From Burkholderiales bacterium (GTDB lineage Bacteria; Pseudomonadota; Gammaproteobacteria; Burkholderiales; SG8-39), in the NCBI GenBank assembly GCA_964202115.1, contig CAXNIK010000001.1, positions 1 through 48,513 on the forward strand: a stretch of 48,513 bases of DNA, in the 5' to 3' direction. The notes under the pieces are model-generated. The model worked only from the letters and a program-made list of their open reading frames with translations. It made no database searches and was not told the DNA's origin. The position numbers were made by a program, and so were the translations under genes. Below are positions 17,346-26,961 of the stretch, piece by piece. The first letter of the stretch is position 1, and each line of letters opens with the position of its first letter.

Positions 17346-19382
17346 TTGTTCAAGAAAATTCTGATCGCCAACAGAGGCGAAATTGCATGCCGAATAGTCC
17401 GGACTGCCCGAAAGCTGGGAATACACACGATCGCGGTTTATTCCGGGGCCGATGCGCAAGCCCTGCATACCCGGCAGGCGGACGAAGCCATCCTGATCGG
17501 CCCCCCGCCGCCCCGGGAAAGCTATCTGGACATCGAACGCATCATCGACGCTGCCCGCAAGAGCGGCGCCGAGGCGATACATCCGGGGTATGGGTTTCTG
17601 GCCGAAAACGGTGACTTTGCCCAAGCCTGCATTACCGCAGGCATGGCATTTATCGGGCCAAGTCCCTCCGCCATCCGTGCCATGGGATCCAAGTCCGCTG
17701 CCAAGCGTCTGATGGCGGACGCCGGACTGCCGCTGGTGCCGGGGTATCACGGCGATGAGCAGAACGCTGAAATGCTCAGGGGCGAAGCTGCCCGCATAGG
17801 CTATCCGGTCCTGATAAAGCCCTCCGCCGGAGGCGGCGGCAAGGGGATGCGCATAGTCCGGACGGACACGGAATTTCCGGAATCGCTGGCGGCATCACAG
17901 CGCGAAGCGGCCTCCAGCTTCGGTGATACCCAGGTGTTGCTGGAAAAGTATATGGAAATGCCCCGGCATATCGAGATACAGGTATTTGGGGACGAGCACG
18001 GGAACATGGTCTACCTGTTCGAGCGCGATTGCTCAATCCAGCGCCGGCATCAGAAGATCATTGAAGAAGCCCCCGCTCCGAACCTTGGCGGGCACACCCG
18101 AAAACTGATGGGAGAAGCTGCGATCACTGCGGCGCGCGCCGTCGGCTACACAGGGGCGGGCACGGTTGAATTTATTGTCGATCAAGCGGGACAGTTTTAC
18201 TTTATCGAGATGAATACCCGTCTGCAGGTCGAGCATCCTGTGACCGAGATGATCACCGGCCTGGACCTGGTGGAATGGCAGATACGCGTCGCGGCCGGAG
18301 AAGTGCTGCCGCATTCCCAGGAACAACTGGTGCTGCACGGACATGCGATCGAAGCGCGCGTCTGCGCGGAAGATCCCGACAACGGTTTTATGCCATCGAC
18401 CGGAAAAATCAGTTATCTGGCGTTGCCGGCTGAATCAAGACATGTGCGCATCGATGCCGGAGTGGAGGAAGGAGACAGCATCACGCCGTTCTACGACCCG
18501 GTGATCGCAAAGCTTGTCGTATGGGACACCAGCCGGGACCTGGCGCTTTCCCGCATGGCTGCGGCATTGGGACAGTTCAGGCTGGCGGGTATCACCAGCA
18601 ACGTAGAATTCCTCCAAAGACTGATCGGCTCGAAGGCGGTATTGTCGGCGGATTTGAGCACCACCCTCATTGAGCGCGAGCAGGCCAGCCTCTTTCCGGC
18701 AGATCGCCCGGTGGTTCCGGACGATGTGTTCCATATCGCCGCCATGGCCGCGCGGTTGCATGAAGAGAAACAGTCGCGGGCCGCGGCAATAAAAAGCATT
18801 GAGCCGGACTCACCCTGGAATATCCCCGACACCTGGAGACTGGGTACCTGCCCTGGTCGACAATGGGTCTTTCGTTCCGCAGGAAGCACGACTGTCGTCA
18901 CCGTGCGACAGACAGCTTCCGGTTACCTGTCGCAACTGAACGATAACGATACCGAGATACGGGTCAGCGGCCAATTCGGGGAAAACGGATATCTGCGTGC
19001 ACGGCTCGGAGAAAGGCAGCTCGATGCATCGGTTGCGATCACCGGCAACAACTACCACGTATTCCTGCACGGAAGACACTTTTGTCTGGCCTGTAATAAC
19101 GACCGTGACATTGACATCATCGAGGAACAATCAGTCGGGAAACTGGTTGCGCCATTGCCGGGGAGAATAGTCGCATTGCTTGCAAAACCCGGCGAGATCG
19201 TTGACAAAGGCGATCCGCTGCTTATCGTGGAGGCAATGAAGATGGAGCACACGATCGTCGCCCCGGCCGCGGGAACCGTGCGAGGGTTCCATCACCCGGT
19301 GAATTCGCAAGTTGACGCAGGCATCGAGCTTGTGGATTTTCAACCGTTTGCTTCAACACATCCTCCGCCTGCAACTCAATGA
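17346..19382 (+). CDS. Acyl-CoA carboxylase biotin carboxylase/BCCP (alpha) subunit
   Basis: Track ORF of 678 aa with a TTG start (MFKKILIANRGEIACRIVRTARKLGI). It has an ATP-grasp region, and the C-terminal biotinyl motif EAMKMEH is present. Confidence 0.9.
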   Translation: MFKKILIANRGEIACRIVRTARKLGIHTIAVYSGADAQALHTRQADEAILIGPPPPRESYLDIERIIDAARKSGAEAIHPGYGFLAENGDFAQACITAGMAFIGPSPSAIRAMGSKSAAKRLMADAGLPLVPGYHGDEQNAEMLRGEAARIGYPVLIKPSAGGGGKGMRIVRTDTEFPESLAASQREAASSFGDTQVLLEKYMEMPRHIEIQVFGDEHGNMVYLFERDCSIQRRHQKIIEEAPAPNLGGHTRKLMGEAAITAARAVGYTGAGTVEFIVDQAGQFYFIEMNTRLQVEHPVTEMITGLDLVEWQIRVAAGEVLPHSQEQLVLHGHAIEARVCAEDPDNGFMPSTGKISYLALPAESRHVRIDAGVEEGDSITPFYDPVIAKLVVWDTSRDLALSRMAAALGQFRLAGITSNVEFLQRLIGSKAVLSADLSTTLIEREQASLFPADRPVVPDDVFHIAAMAARLHEEKQSRAAAIKSIEPDSPWNIPDTWRLGTCPGRQWVFRSAGSTTVVTVRQTASGYLSQLNDNDTEIRVSGQFGENGYLRARLGERQLDASVAITGNNYHVFLHGRHFCLACNNDRDIDIIEEQSVGKLVAPLPGRIVALLAKPGEIVDKGDPLLIVEAMKMEHTIVAPAAGTVRGFHHPVNSQVDAGIELVDFQPFASTHPPPATQ

Positions 19383-19473
19383 CGGCACGCCTGATCAACT
19401 CTCCGCCTTCCTGCGCGCCGAACGTGTCCAGTGGGGCAGGCTTATCACCGAGCTGAGGATCATCGTCGAGTAA
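19381..19473 (+). pseudogene. Bug-family C-terminal stump (last ~30 codons only)
   Basis: Hand translation gives DGTPDQLSAFLRAERVQWGRLITELRIIVE*. This matches the conserved Bug C-terminus (TPEQFxxxIxxExxxWxxVIKxxGIKxE). It begins at the stop of the alpha-subunit gene. Confidence 0.6.
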
Positions 19474-19584
19474 GCGATGCAATCGCAATATTATTATCTA
19501 TTTGGAGATCAGCTTGCCAGCACGCGTACTTAAGCATACGGAATGTGATCAACGCTTTAGCGCCACTCCGGCCCGGAGCGGCCT

Positions 19585-20478
19585 TCAGGCCGGTACCGCC
19601 ACCTTCTCCTGCTCGCAGCTATTGGCCACATCGCTGACCGTGGCGCGATGCATTTCGCGCACCCAGCGGAAGTCGTCGTACTCGGTGCCGCGATGCATGG
19701 TGCAGCGGTTATCCCATATCACCAGGTCGTGCTCGCGCCAGCGGTGGGTGTAGACGAACTGGCGCTGCGTGGTATGCGCGATCAACTGTTCCAGCAGCGT
19801 CTCGCTTTCTCCCAGCTGCATGCCGTCGATGCTGCCGATGTGGCTGGCCAGGTACAGGGACTTGCGGCCGTTCTGCGCAATGGTGCGGACCATGAGCTGC
19901 GGCACCGCGGCCAGGCGCTTCTCGTCGTCGGCGCTGAAGGCCACCTGCCCGGTGCGTTTGCGCGAGGTGGCGATGCTGTGCCGGGCGATCAGTCCCTGCA
20001 GGCGTTGTTTCATCGCCTGCGGCAGGGCGTCATAGGCGGCGCGCTCATCGGCGAACTCGGTGTGGCCGCCGATGGGTGCGACCTTGTGTGAGTAAAGAAG
20101 TGAGCATAGCGAGGGCCGGTGCTTGAAGGAGCTGTCGGTGTGCCACATCATGTTGGCCATCTTGTAGGCGCGCTGTTGGCTGTCCTTGTTCCAGATGCTG
20201 CCGCTGATGTCCAGGTTGGAGATGTCGCCCAGCTCCTTCCTGATGCGGTGGGGAAAGATGCCGTCGGTGCTCTTTTCCGTCTCCAGCGGGCCGAAGCGCG
20301 CGGCGAAGTCCAGGTGCTGATCGGCGTTCAGCTTCTGTCCTGGAAAAATCACCACGGCGTATTTCCAGAATGCCGCCTGGATGGCCGACCAGTCCTCCGA
20401 TGAGATGGGCGCGGACAGGTCGACGTCGCCGATTTCCGTGGCGAAATTCGGGCTGATGGGATAAATGCTGATGCTCAT
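19585..20478 (-). CDS. TauD/TfdA-family Fe(II)/2-oxoglutarate-dependent dioxygenase
   Basis: Track ORF 19585..20505. I prefer the ATG at 20478 (MSISIYPISPNFATEIGDVDLS), preceded by AAGGAG. WHTDSSF (the HxD iron motif) and WDNRCTMHRG are typical of this family. Confidence 0.85.
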   Translation of the reverse strand: MSISIYPISPNFATEIGDVDLSAPISSEDWSAIQAAFWKYAVVIFPGQKLNADQHLDFAARFGPLETEKSTDGIFPHRIRKELGDISNLDISGSIWNKDSQQRAYKMANMMWHTDSSFKHRPSLCSLLYSHKVAPIGGHTEFADERAAYDALPQAMKQRLQGLIARHSIATSRKRTGQVAFSADDEKRLAAVPQLMVRTIAQNGRKSLYLASHIGSIDGMQLGESETLLEQLIAHTTQRQFVYTHRWREHDLVIWDNRCTMHRGTEYDDFRWVREMHRATVSDVANSCEQEKVAVPA

Positions 20479-20585
20479 GAAAGCTCCTTTGGCGTCGCAT
20501 GGCACGGTCTGTGGCCGTGCTGCAGGATCAGCTTAACGTTTTTTGATGCTTATCGCAGGCTGCCAGCGGTTGCGCGGCCGCGGTG

Positions 20586-22235
20586 CTAGCGCGCTCCCGG
20601 TGCCTGGTAGGTGCTGGCCGGCTCTTCCGATCGCGCACGCTGTTTGCGCACGCGCGCGGCCATGGCCAGCGCGTGAGGCGCGGCCAGGCACAGGTGCGCG
20701 AGTTGCGCCTCGTTCAGCTTCAGGCCGGAGCGCGCAGCCAGCACACTGACCAGTTGCCGCGTGGTTTCGTCTGGGGAGGGATGCTCATGCACCGGAGCCG
20801 AAGTGACCGGCCTGGCTTTTGCCCCGGCGCTCAGGGCCGGCCGACCCTTACGCCAGGGTGTGGCCTGCTCGAAGGCGTGCGCCACCCTGAAAACCGTCTG
20901 CTCATCGAAGGGCCGCGCCGTCACCTGCATGGCCAGGGGCAGTCCCGATGAGGTAAAGCCCGTGCACTGCGCTAGCGCCGGTCCCGAGGTGACATTGAAG
21001 GGGGTGCACAGGCTGGGGCGCTTCCAGAAGCTCATGCTGTCCAGTGCGTCGAAGCGTGCCGCAGGTCCCGGAGCGATGGTGACGAGGGCATCGTAGTCGC
21101 GATAGAGCGCTTCCATCTCCGCCAGCATGCGCCGGCGCTCGCGCTGGGCTTCGACATAGTCCGAGCTGCTGAAGAACATGGCGGAGAGCACGTGGTCACG
21201 GAACAATTCGCCGAAGTCGCCGGGACGGGTCATGAATTCGTGCAGGTGCACCGACAGCAGTTCCGACTCGGCGATGATGATCTTGGTGTCGTAATAGTCC
21301 TGCACCGGGCGCATGCGCGCGGTGGAAAGCTTCGCGCCAAGGCCGGCAAGCACCTTCAGCGCCTCTTCCATCGCCGCCACGGCCTCTTCATTGGCCTTGC
21401 TGTCCTCCTCCCAGAAATGTCGCAGCACGCCTATGCGCAGGCCCTTGATGCCTGAGCGCAGCTCGGCGCTGTAATCGGGAATGGCGACTTGGGCGCTGCC
21501 AGGATCGGCCGCATCATGGCCGGCGATGACCTGCAGCAGGATGGCGCAGTCCTCCACCGTCCAGGCCATGGGCCCGCAGTTGTCCAGGCTGTAGGAGTTG
21601 GGAATGACCCCGGCCCGGCTCACCAGCCCGTAGGTTGGTTTCAGTCCGACGATGCCGCACAGCGATGATGGCGAGCGGATGGATCCGCCGGTGTCCGTGC
21701 CCAGCGCTGCCGGCATGAAGCCTGCGGCGATGGCCGCGGCCGAACCGCTGCTCGATCCGGCCGGGATGTGCTCGTCGTTCCAGGGGTTGCGCGCCGGTGG
21801 CCAGGGCAGGTCGAAGGAGGGGCCGCCATGCGCGAACTCGTGCGAGGCGAGCTTGCCCAGCAGCACACCGCCCGCCTGGCAAAGCTTGCTGACCGTGGTC
21901 GCATCTTTCGACGGGATATTGTGTTCCAGGATGCGCGAGTGGCCGGTGGTCAGCACTCCGGCGGTATCGAAAATGTCCTTCAGGCCGAAGGGAATGCCGT
22001 GCATGGGGCCGCGATGCCGGCCGGCAGCGATTTCACGGTCGGCCTCAGCGGCGTCCTTGAGCGCGCGCTCGGCGGTGAGGGTGACGAAGGCATTCACCTG
22101 GCCATCGTACTTTTCGATGCGAGCAAGGCAGGCCTTTACCAGTTCGGTTGAGGACAATTTGCGCGAGGCGATCAAGGCAGAAGCTGCACTCAGGGGCAGC
22201 AGTGCGGGGTCGGTGACTGAAGGACTGCTAGTCAT
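20586..22235 (-). CDS. Amidase-signature family amidase with a ~70-aa C-terminal extension
   Basis: Track ORF 20586..22508. I prefer the ATG at 22235 (MTSSPSVTDPALLPLSAA), preceded by AAGGAAAATAATC. The AS signature GSSSGSAAAIAAGFMPAALGTDTGGSIRSPS is present. The tail ...DETTRQLVSVLAARSGLKLNEAQLAHLCLAAPHALAMAARV... lies beyond the usual amidase end. Confidence 0.85.
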   Translation of the reverse strand: MTSSPSVTDPALLPLSAASALIASRKLSSTELVKACLARIEKYDGQVNAFVTLTAERALKDAAEADREIAAGRHRGPMHGIPFGLKDIFDTAGVLTTGHSRILEHNIPSKDATTVSKLCQAGGVLLGKLASHEFAHGGPSFDLPWPPARNPWNDEHIPAGSSSGSAAAIAAGFMPAALGTDTGGSIRSPSSLCGIVGLKPTYGLVSRAGVIPNSYSLDNCGPMAWTVEDCAILLQVIAGHDAADPGSAQVAIPDYSAELRSGIKGLRIGVLRHFWEEDSKANEEAVAAMEEALKVLAGLGAKLSTARMRPVQDYYDTKIIIAESELLSVHLHEFMTRPGDFGELFRDHVLSAMFFSSSDYVEAQRERRRMLAEMEALYRDYDALVTIAPGPAARFDALDSMSFWKRPSLCTPFNVTSGPALAQCTGFTSSGLPLAMQVTARPFDEQTVFRVAHAFEQATPWRKGRPALSAGAKARPVTSAPVHEHPSPDETTRQLVSVLAARSGLKLNEAQLAHLCLAAPHALAMAARVRKQRARSEEPASTYQAPGAR

Positions 22236-22296
22236 GATTATTTTCCTTTGATACCGGACAGAAATCTCCAATGAATCCGGTGAAGCAAAAACCACC

Positions 22297-23775
22297 TCAT
22301 GGCAGAGGTGGCGTGCTGGCCGGCAGCCGCTGCAGGTTTGCCGCCTGCTCGTGCGCATAGGCAAAGGCCAGCAGGAGCGGCTCGGTGTAATCCAGCCCCA
22401 TGAGTTCGGCACCCACCGGAACACCTTGTGGCGCGGTTGCGCTCGGTGCGCTGAAGCCGGCGGGGAAGGTGACGGCGGGAAGGCCGGTGCCATGGGACAG
22501 CGCGCCATTGCGCTCGGGCTGCTCGCCGGTGGCGATGGGCGGGACGAGGATGCGCTGCTGAGGATAGATCACGGCGTCCAGCTGCAGGTCGGCCATCTTT
22601 GTTGCCAGCGCCAGCCGGAGCCGGTCGCGGTTCATCAGGAGGTCCTTGTAGACGGGATCGTTCATGCCGTCCTGAAGGGCCAGCTCCAGTTCCAGCGTGT
22701 CCTGCACCGCGGAGTTGTTGGCCGCTACGAGCTGTTCAAGGCTTTTGACGGGTGCATTCGGTCCCAGTGCGGCGAAGTAGCGTTTCCAGGCTGCGGCGGC
22801 TTCGAGCCTGGCTGTGCCAACCACTGGGGACAACTCTTCGAACTTATCCAGGCGAAAGGGCGCAAAGCTCGCGCCAAGCGTCTCCATGCGCTTCATCGCT
22901 TCGGCCATGACCGCATTGACTTCGCGATGACGTTGCTCCGAGCCAAACAGGTTTTCGATCACGCCTATGCGCACGCCGCGCAGCGCGTCGGGGTGCAGGA
23001 GCTCGCCATAGCTGCGCGGGATGCGTCCGCGGCTGAAGGCAGTTACAGGGTCGTCTGCGTCGTAGCCCGCCATGACATCCAGCATCAGTGCGGCATCGGC
23101 GACGGTGCGTGTGATCGGGCCAATCTCGTCCTGAATGAAGCTGTTTGGCATGATGCCGGCGCGACTGATGAGGCCGCGTGTGGGCCGCACGCCCACCAGA
23201 TTGCAGGCGGAGGAAGGCGAGCGTATCGACTGCCCGGTGTCGCTGCCCGTGCCCAGCAAGCCAAAGTGAGCGGCCATGGCGGCGCCGGTGCCGCCACTGG
23301 AGCCGCCGGGATTGCGTGTCAGGTCATAGGGATTGCGTGCCTGGCCACCGAGCCGGCTGTAGGAGATGGGGCTGCGAGCCAGTTCCCCCTGATTGGCCTT
23401 GGCCAGTATCAGCGCGCCGGCCGCGCGCAGTTTCTTCACTGTGAATGCGTCGGCCACCGGGCGCGAGTCCCTGAGCATCACGCAGCCGCCGGTGGTGGGC
23501 ATGTCGGCAGTGTCGAAGTTGTCCTTGAGGATCACCGGAATGCCGTGCAGCGGACCCAGTCTGTCCGGACGGGCGGCACGCATCGCATCGAGCTCGACGG
23601 CGGTTTCCATGGCCCTGGGGTTGATGTTGATGAGGGCGTGCAGCGCCGGGCCATTGCGATCATAGGCGGCGATGCGCTCAAGATAGAAGCGTGTCAATTG
23701 CGCGCAGCTCAACCCGCCCTCGGCATAGGCGCGATGCACGCTGGCTACGGTGGAATCGAAGAAGGAAAAGGCCAT
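22297..23775 (-). CDS. Amidase-signature family amidase
   Basis: Track ORF of 492 aa. GGSSGGTGAAMAAHFGLLGTGSDTGQSIRSPS and KDNFDTADMPTTGG. It is tandem with and upstream of the 20586..22235 amidase. Confidence 0.9.
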   Translation of the reverse strand: MAFSFFDSTVASVHRAYAEGGLSCAQLTRFYLERIAAYDRNGPALHALININPRAMETAVELDAMRAARPDRLGPLHGIPVILKDNFDTADMPTTGGCVMLRDSRPVADAFTVKKLRAAGALILAKANQGELARSPISYSRLGGQARNPYDLTRNPGGSSGGTGAAMAAHFGLLGTGSDTGQSIRSPSSACNLVGVRPTRGLISRAGIMPNSFIQDEIGPITRTVADAALMLDVMAGYDADDPVTAFSRGRIPRSYGELLHPDALRGVRIGVIENLFGSEQRHREVNAVMAEAMKRMETLGASFAPFRLDKFEELSPVVGTARLEAAAAWKRYFAALGPNAPVKSLEQLVAANNSAVQDTLELELALQDGMNDPVYKDLLMNRDRLRLALATKMADLQLDAVIYPQQRILVPPIATGEQPERNGALSHGTGLPAVTFPAGFSAPSATAPQGVPVGAELMGLDYTEPLLLAFAYAHEQAANLQRLPASTPPLP

Positions 23776-23856
23776 GGTTACCCGGTGCGTGCGGAATTAA
23801 TCAGGCTGTATTCGGCGCCTTCACCACCCCGTGCGGCTGCGCTGAGGGCAGTGGAT

Positions 23857-23920
23857 TGATCATAATTAATCTGGTGATGAAAATGCATAAATGAGTATGT
23901 ATTTAAAATGATCATAATTA
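23857..23920. promoter_or_regulatory. Two identical 12-mers TGATCATAATTA, 52 nt apart, in an AT-rich gap upstream of the amidase operon
   Basis: The exact repeat is at 23857-23868 and 23909-23920. Each contains the TGATCA and TAATTA palindromes. It is the only strongly AT-rich stretch between 19.6 and 26 kb. Confidence 0.35.
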
Positions 23921-23931
23921 TTGAAAGAAAA

Positions 23932-24906
23932 TCAGTTCAGCGGCGTGATCTTGAGGCGCCGTATGTCATCGCCCATCTGATCGCCCTCGGCCTTGATGTA
24001 GGCGTTGAACTCGGCGATGGTGCCCGGCCACAGCTCGCGCTCCAGCTTGTCGAAGTAGGCCTTGTTCTCGGCCGAGAGATTGACGTTGTGTATGGCCGTC
24101 ATCAGCCTTTGCACCACCGGCTGGTCCACTTGCCGGGGCACGAACACCGCGTCCCACTGGATCATGTTGATGCTGGGATAGCCCAGTTCCTTGAAAGTGG
24201 GCAGGCTGGGCAAGAGGCGCGAGCGCTGATCCGCTGCGGTGGCGATGCCGCGGACGCCGGGCTGGCGCATGCGGTCCAGCGCCGTATTGAGCGTGGCGAA
24301 ATATATGTGGATATCGCCTGCGAAGAAAGCCTGGGCCAGGGGATCTCCACCCTTGAATGGCACGCTCACCATGTCCAGGCCGGCGGCGAACTTCAGCCGC
24401 TCGGCCAGCAGGTTCTGGCCCGAGGTGGGTCCGAGAGAACCGAAATTGAGCTTGCCCGGATTGGCCCTGGCATAGGCAATGAACTCGCCCAGGGTCGCGC
24501 CCGGAACATTGCGGGTGATGAGCGCGAAGGGCGTCATGCCCAGCACACCCACGGTGGTGAAATCCTCCAGCTTGTATCCCGCGTCCTTGAACATGTGGAT
24601 GTTGCCGCTGAGCATGTTGGAGCCGTAGAGCAGGCTGTAGCCCAGGGGCTGGGCGCGCAGCACGTCCTGCGTGGCCACCAGGCCGCTTGCCCCGCCCTTG
24701 TTTTCGACGAGGATGGGCTGCTTCAATTGTTTGCTCAGCTCCTGCGAGAAAAAACGGGAGCGGAAATCCGTGGCGGAACCGGGCGCGAACATGGTCACCA
24801 GGCGCACCGGGCGTACTGGATAGTCCTGGGCAAGCGCAGTACTTCCCAGCAATGCCGAGGCAACAGCAGTTAGAAGCGCGGCGAGCGCGTGTACAGGTTT
24901 CTTCAT
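23932..24906 (-). CDS. Bug/TctC-family periplasmic solute-binding protein
   Basis: Track ORF of 324 aa. MKKPVHALAALLTAVASALLGSTALAQDYPVRPVRLV and VPFKGGDP. Confidence 0.88.
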   Translation of the reverse strand: MKKPVHALAALLTAVASALLGSTALAQDYPVRPVRLVTMFAPGSATDFRSRFFSQELSKQLKQPILVENKGGASGLVATQDVLRAQPLGYSLLYGSNMLSGNIHMFKDAGYKLEDFTTVGVLGMTPFALITRNVPGATLGEFIAYARANPGKLNFGSLGPTSGQNLLAERLKFAAGLDMVSVPFKGGDPLAQAFFAGDIHIYFATLNTALDRMRQPGVRGIATAADQRSRLLPSLPTFKELGYPSINMIQWDAVFVPRQVDQPVVQRLMTAIHNVNLSAENKAYFDKLERELWPGTIAEFNAYIKAEGDQMGDDIRRLKITPLN

Positions 24907-24949
24907 GACGGTACTCTTCCCCTGATTGTGTAGCCCCGGATTGCCCCGC

Positions 24950-25957
24950 TTAGTCGACCTTCACACCGGCTTCCTTGATCAGTTTTGCGTACATCTGCGA
25001 TTCCACGCGTATGGTCCGGGCGAATTCCTCGGGGGTGCTGCCCAGGGTTTCCAGCCCCTGGCCAAACAGGCGGTCGCGGACCGCGGGCGATTTCACATGC
25101 TTCACGACCGGGGCGTTGACGCGATTGAGTATGGCCGCGGGCGTGCCGCCCGGAGCAAACACCCCATACCATGAGTTGATGTCGTAGCCGGCGAATCCGG
25201 ATTCGGCGATGGTGGGCAGTTGCGGCGAGAGGGCCGAGCGCCGGGGGCCGGTGGATGCCAGTGCACGCAGCTTGCCGGCCTTGACCAGCGTGCTGGATGC
25301 AACCTCGGGCGCGATCATGTACTGGGTGCGACCACCCACCAGGTCCAGCAGCGCCGGACCGCCTCCCTTGTAGGGGACGTGCTCGGCCGTGATCCCTGCG
25401 ATGCCGTTCAACAGCACCGCGCCCAGTTGCGTGACCGTGCCGTTGCCGGCGGAACCGAAACTCAGTTTGCCCGGCCGAGCACGGGCGAACTCGACGAACT
25501 CCTTGATCGTTTTTGCCGGCACCGATTCCGGATGCACCACCAGCAGGAAGTAGGACACGCCCACGTTGCTGATGGGCGCAAAGTCCTTCACCGGGTCATA
25601 GCGGATATTGGGATTGAGATAAGGACCGATGGAGATGGCCGCCGGGCTGGCGAGCAGCAGCGTATAGCCGTCAGGCGTTGATTTGGCCACATAGTCAGCG
25701 CCTATGGAGCCCCCGGCGCCGGTGCGATTCTCTACCAGCACCGGCTGGCCCAGGCCCTCCGCCATGGGTGGAGCGAGTTCGCGCGCCAGGGCATCGACCG
25801 GGCCGCCGGGTTCGGAGCCGGAGATGAGGCGCACAGGCTTGCTGGGATAGGTCTGCGCCTGTGCCGGCGCGTAGAAGGTCATGCACGCCGCGACAATTGC
25901 TATTCCCGTACGGGACATCAGTGCAGCGGAGGTCGAAGGCCAAAATTGCTGGTTCAT
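24950..25957 (-). CDS. Bug/TctC-family periplasmic solute-binding protein
   Basis: Track ORF 24950..25987. I prefer the ATG at 25957 (MNQQFWPSTSAALMSRTGIAIVAACMTFYAPAQAQTYPSKPVRLI), after AAGGATCACC. TPDGYTLL and VPYKGGGPA motifs are present. Confidence 0.88.
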   Translation of the reverse strand: MNQQFWPSTSAALMSRTGIAIVAACMTFYAPAQAQTYPSKPVRLISGSEPGGPVDALARELAPPMAEGLGQPVLVENRTGAGGSIGADYVAKSTPDGYTLLLASPAAISIGPYLNPNIRYDPVKDFAPISNVGVSYFLLVVHPESVPAKTIKEFVEFARARPGKLSFGSAGNGTVTQLGAVLLNGIAGITAEHVPYKGGGPALLDLVGGRTQYMIAPEVASSTLVKAGKLRALASTGPRRSALSPQLPTIAESGFAGYDINSWYGVFAPGGTPAAILNRVNAPVVKHVKSPAVRDRLFGQGLETLGSTPEEFARTIRVESQMYAKLIKEAGVKVD

Positions 25958-26125
25958 GGTGATCCTTCGTTTGGAAGCGACAGGCATGACTCAAGCTAAC
26001 ATCCGCAACCGTCGAAATCCAATGATTTTAAAAAGGCGGCTGGCCGATGACAACTCGAACCAAGCCGACCTGGCCATCTGCAGGAACTTGAAACGGTCTG
26101 CTGCCCTCAGGCAGCTGCCTTGAGC

Positions 26126-26821
26126 CTAGTTGAACTCGGCGATGAGGTCGGTGACCGTGCGCGTGGGATTCAGGAACAGGCAACCGGAGCGATGCGCGGT
26201 CCTGCCATCGGGCAGGGTGATGCTGGTGGAGTAGCGCACCTCCAGGTCGACGGTGATGGACTCGCGGCCCTCGCGCTTGACGCGGCAGCCCTTCAGTACC
26301 GTCCCAGGCTCCAGGGTGATGTCCGAGTGATACAGCAGAAAGCCTATGCCGCGGTTGCTGATGTCAATGATGCGGCCGTCAAAGGAGGCCACGCCGCTGG
26401 CATCGGCCAGGCACTCGAACGTGATGGGGTTGGTCAACGACAGGCGTGGCTCCGCGCGCCGGTGATCCTGGCTGACGATGACCGCCGGAAAATCCAGATT
26501 GATGATGGCCTGCTCGCCCAGCATGGCTGCGCGCGGCTCCGCGGCGGCGAATTCGATGTGCCAGCCGCCTGATTCGGAGACGAAGCTGGCACGGGGGCGG
26601 GCCAGCAGGGCGGCATTGGCCTGCTCGTTGGCCGAAGGAGCGAGTCCTATGCGGCGATTGGGCAGATCGACGGAGACCAGTCTCGATGCGAACATCAGCC
26701 CGTCCTTGCCGACGATGGACCTGACGGAGTGTTTGGTCCGGTGCAGCGACATCAGCACGCGCGCGATGTCCTCCGAGCGACGGGAAATAAGGCCACCTGC
26801 GGGTATGGAATCGGTGCTCAT
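26126..26821 (-). CDS. PilZ-domain c-di-GMP-binding protein, YcgR-like (flagellar brake type)
   Basis: Track ORF 26126..26929. The likely start is ATG 26821 (MSTDSIPAGG). The RRAEPR ... DISNRGIGF pair matches the RxxxR / DxSxxG PilZ motifs, preceded by a YcgR-like N-terminal domain. Confidence 0.7.
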   Translation of the reverse strand: MSTDSIPAGGLISRRSEDIARVLMSLHRTKHSVRSIVGKDGLMFASRLVSVDLPNRRIGLAPSANEQANAALLARPRASFVSESGGWHIEFAAAEPRAAMLGEQAIINLDFPAVIVSQDHRRAEPRLSLTNPITFECLADASGVASFDGRIIDISNRGIGFLLYHSDITLEPGTVLKGCRVKREGRESITVDLEVRYSTSITLPDGRTAHRSGCLFLNPTRTVTDLIAEFN

Positions 26822-26961
26822 GTGTTGTGTGCGGTACAGTGAAGTGAAAGGGATTAATTCGAGGTGTTGCCATAACCTTATCGATTTTTCCTGGTGTGAC
26901 AATAGGGGGAATCTGTACAACCGCGGCAAAATGCCAACTATTACCGACTGTGGGTGCAGGC

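Noticed and set aside
22351-23859. 502-aa ORF on the plus strand, one of the longest in the track
   Set aside because: It lies entirely antisense to the well-supported amidase gene 22297-23775. The product is Ala/Gly/Arg/His-rich with no recognisable motifs. This is a typical mirror-frame open frame in GC-rich coding DNA.
23908-24873. 321-aa plus-strand ORF
   Set aside because: It is antisense to the Bug gene 23932-24906 and has the same GC-rich mirror-frame character.
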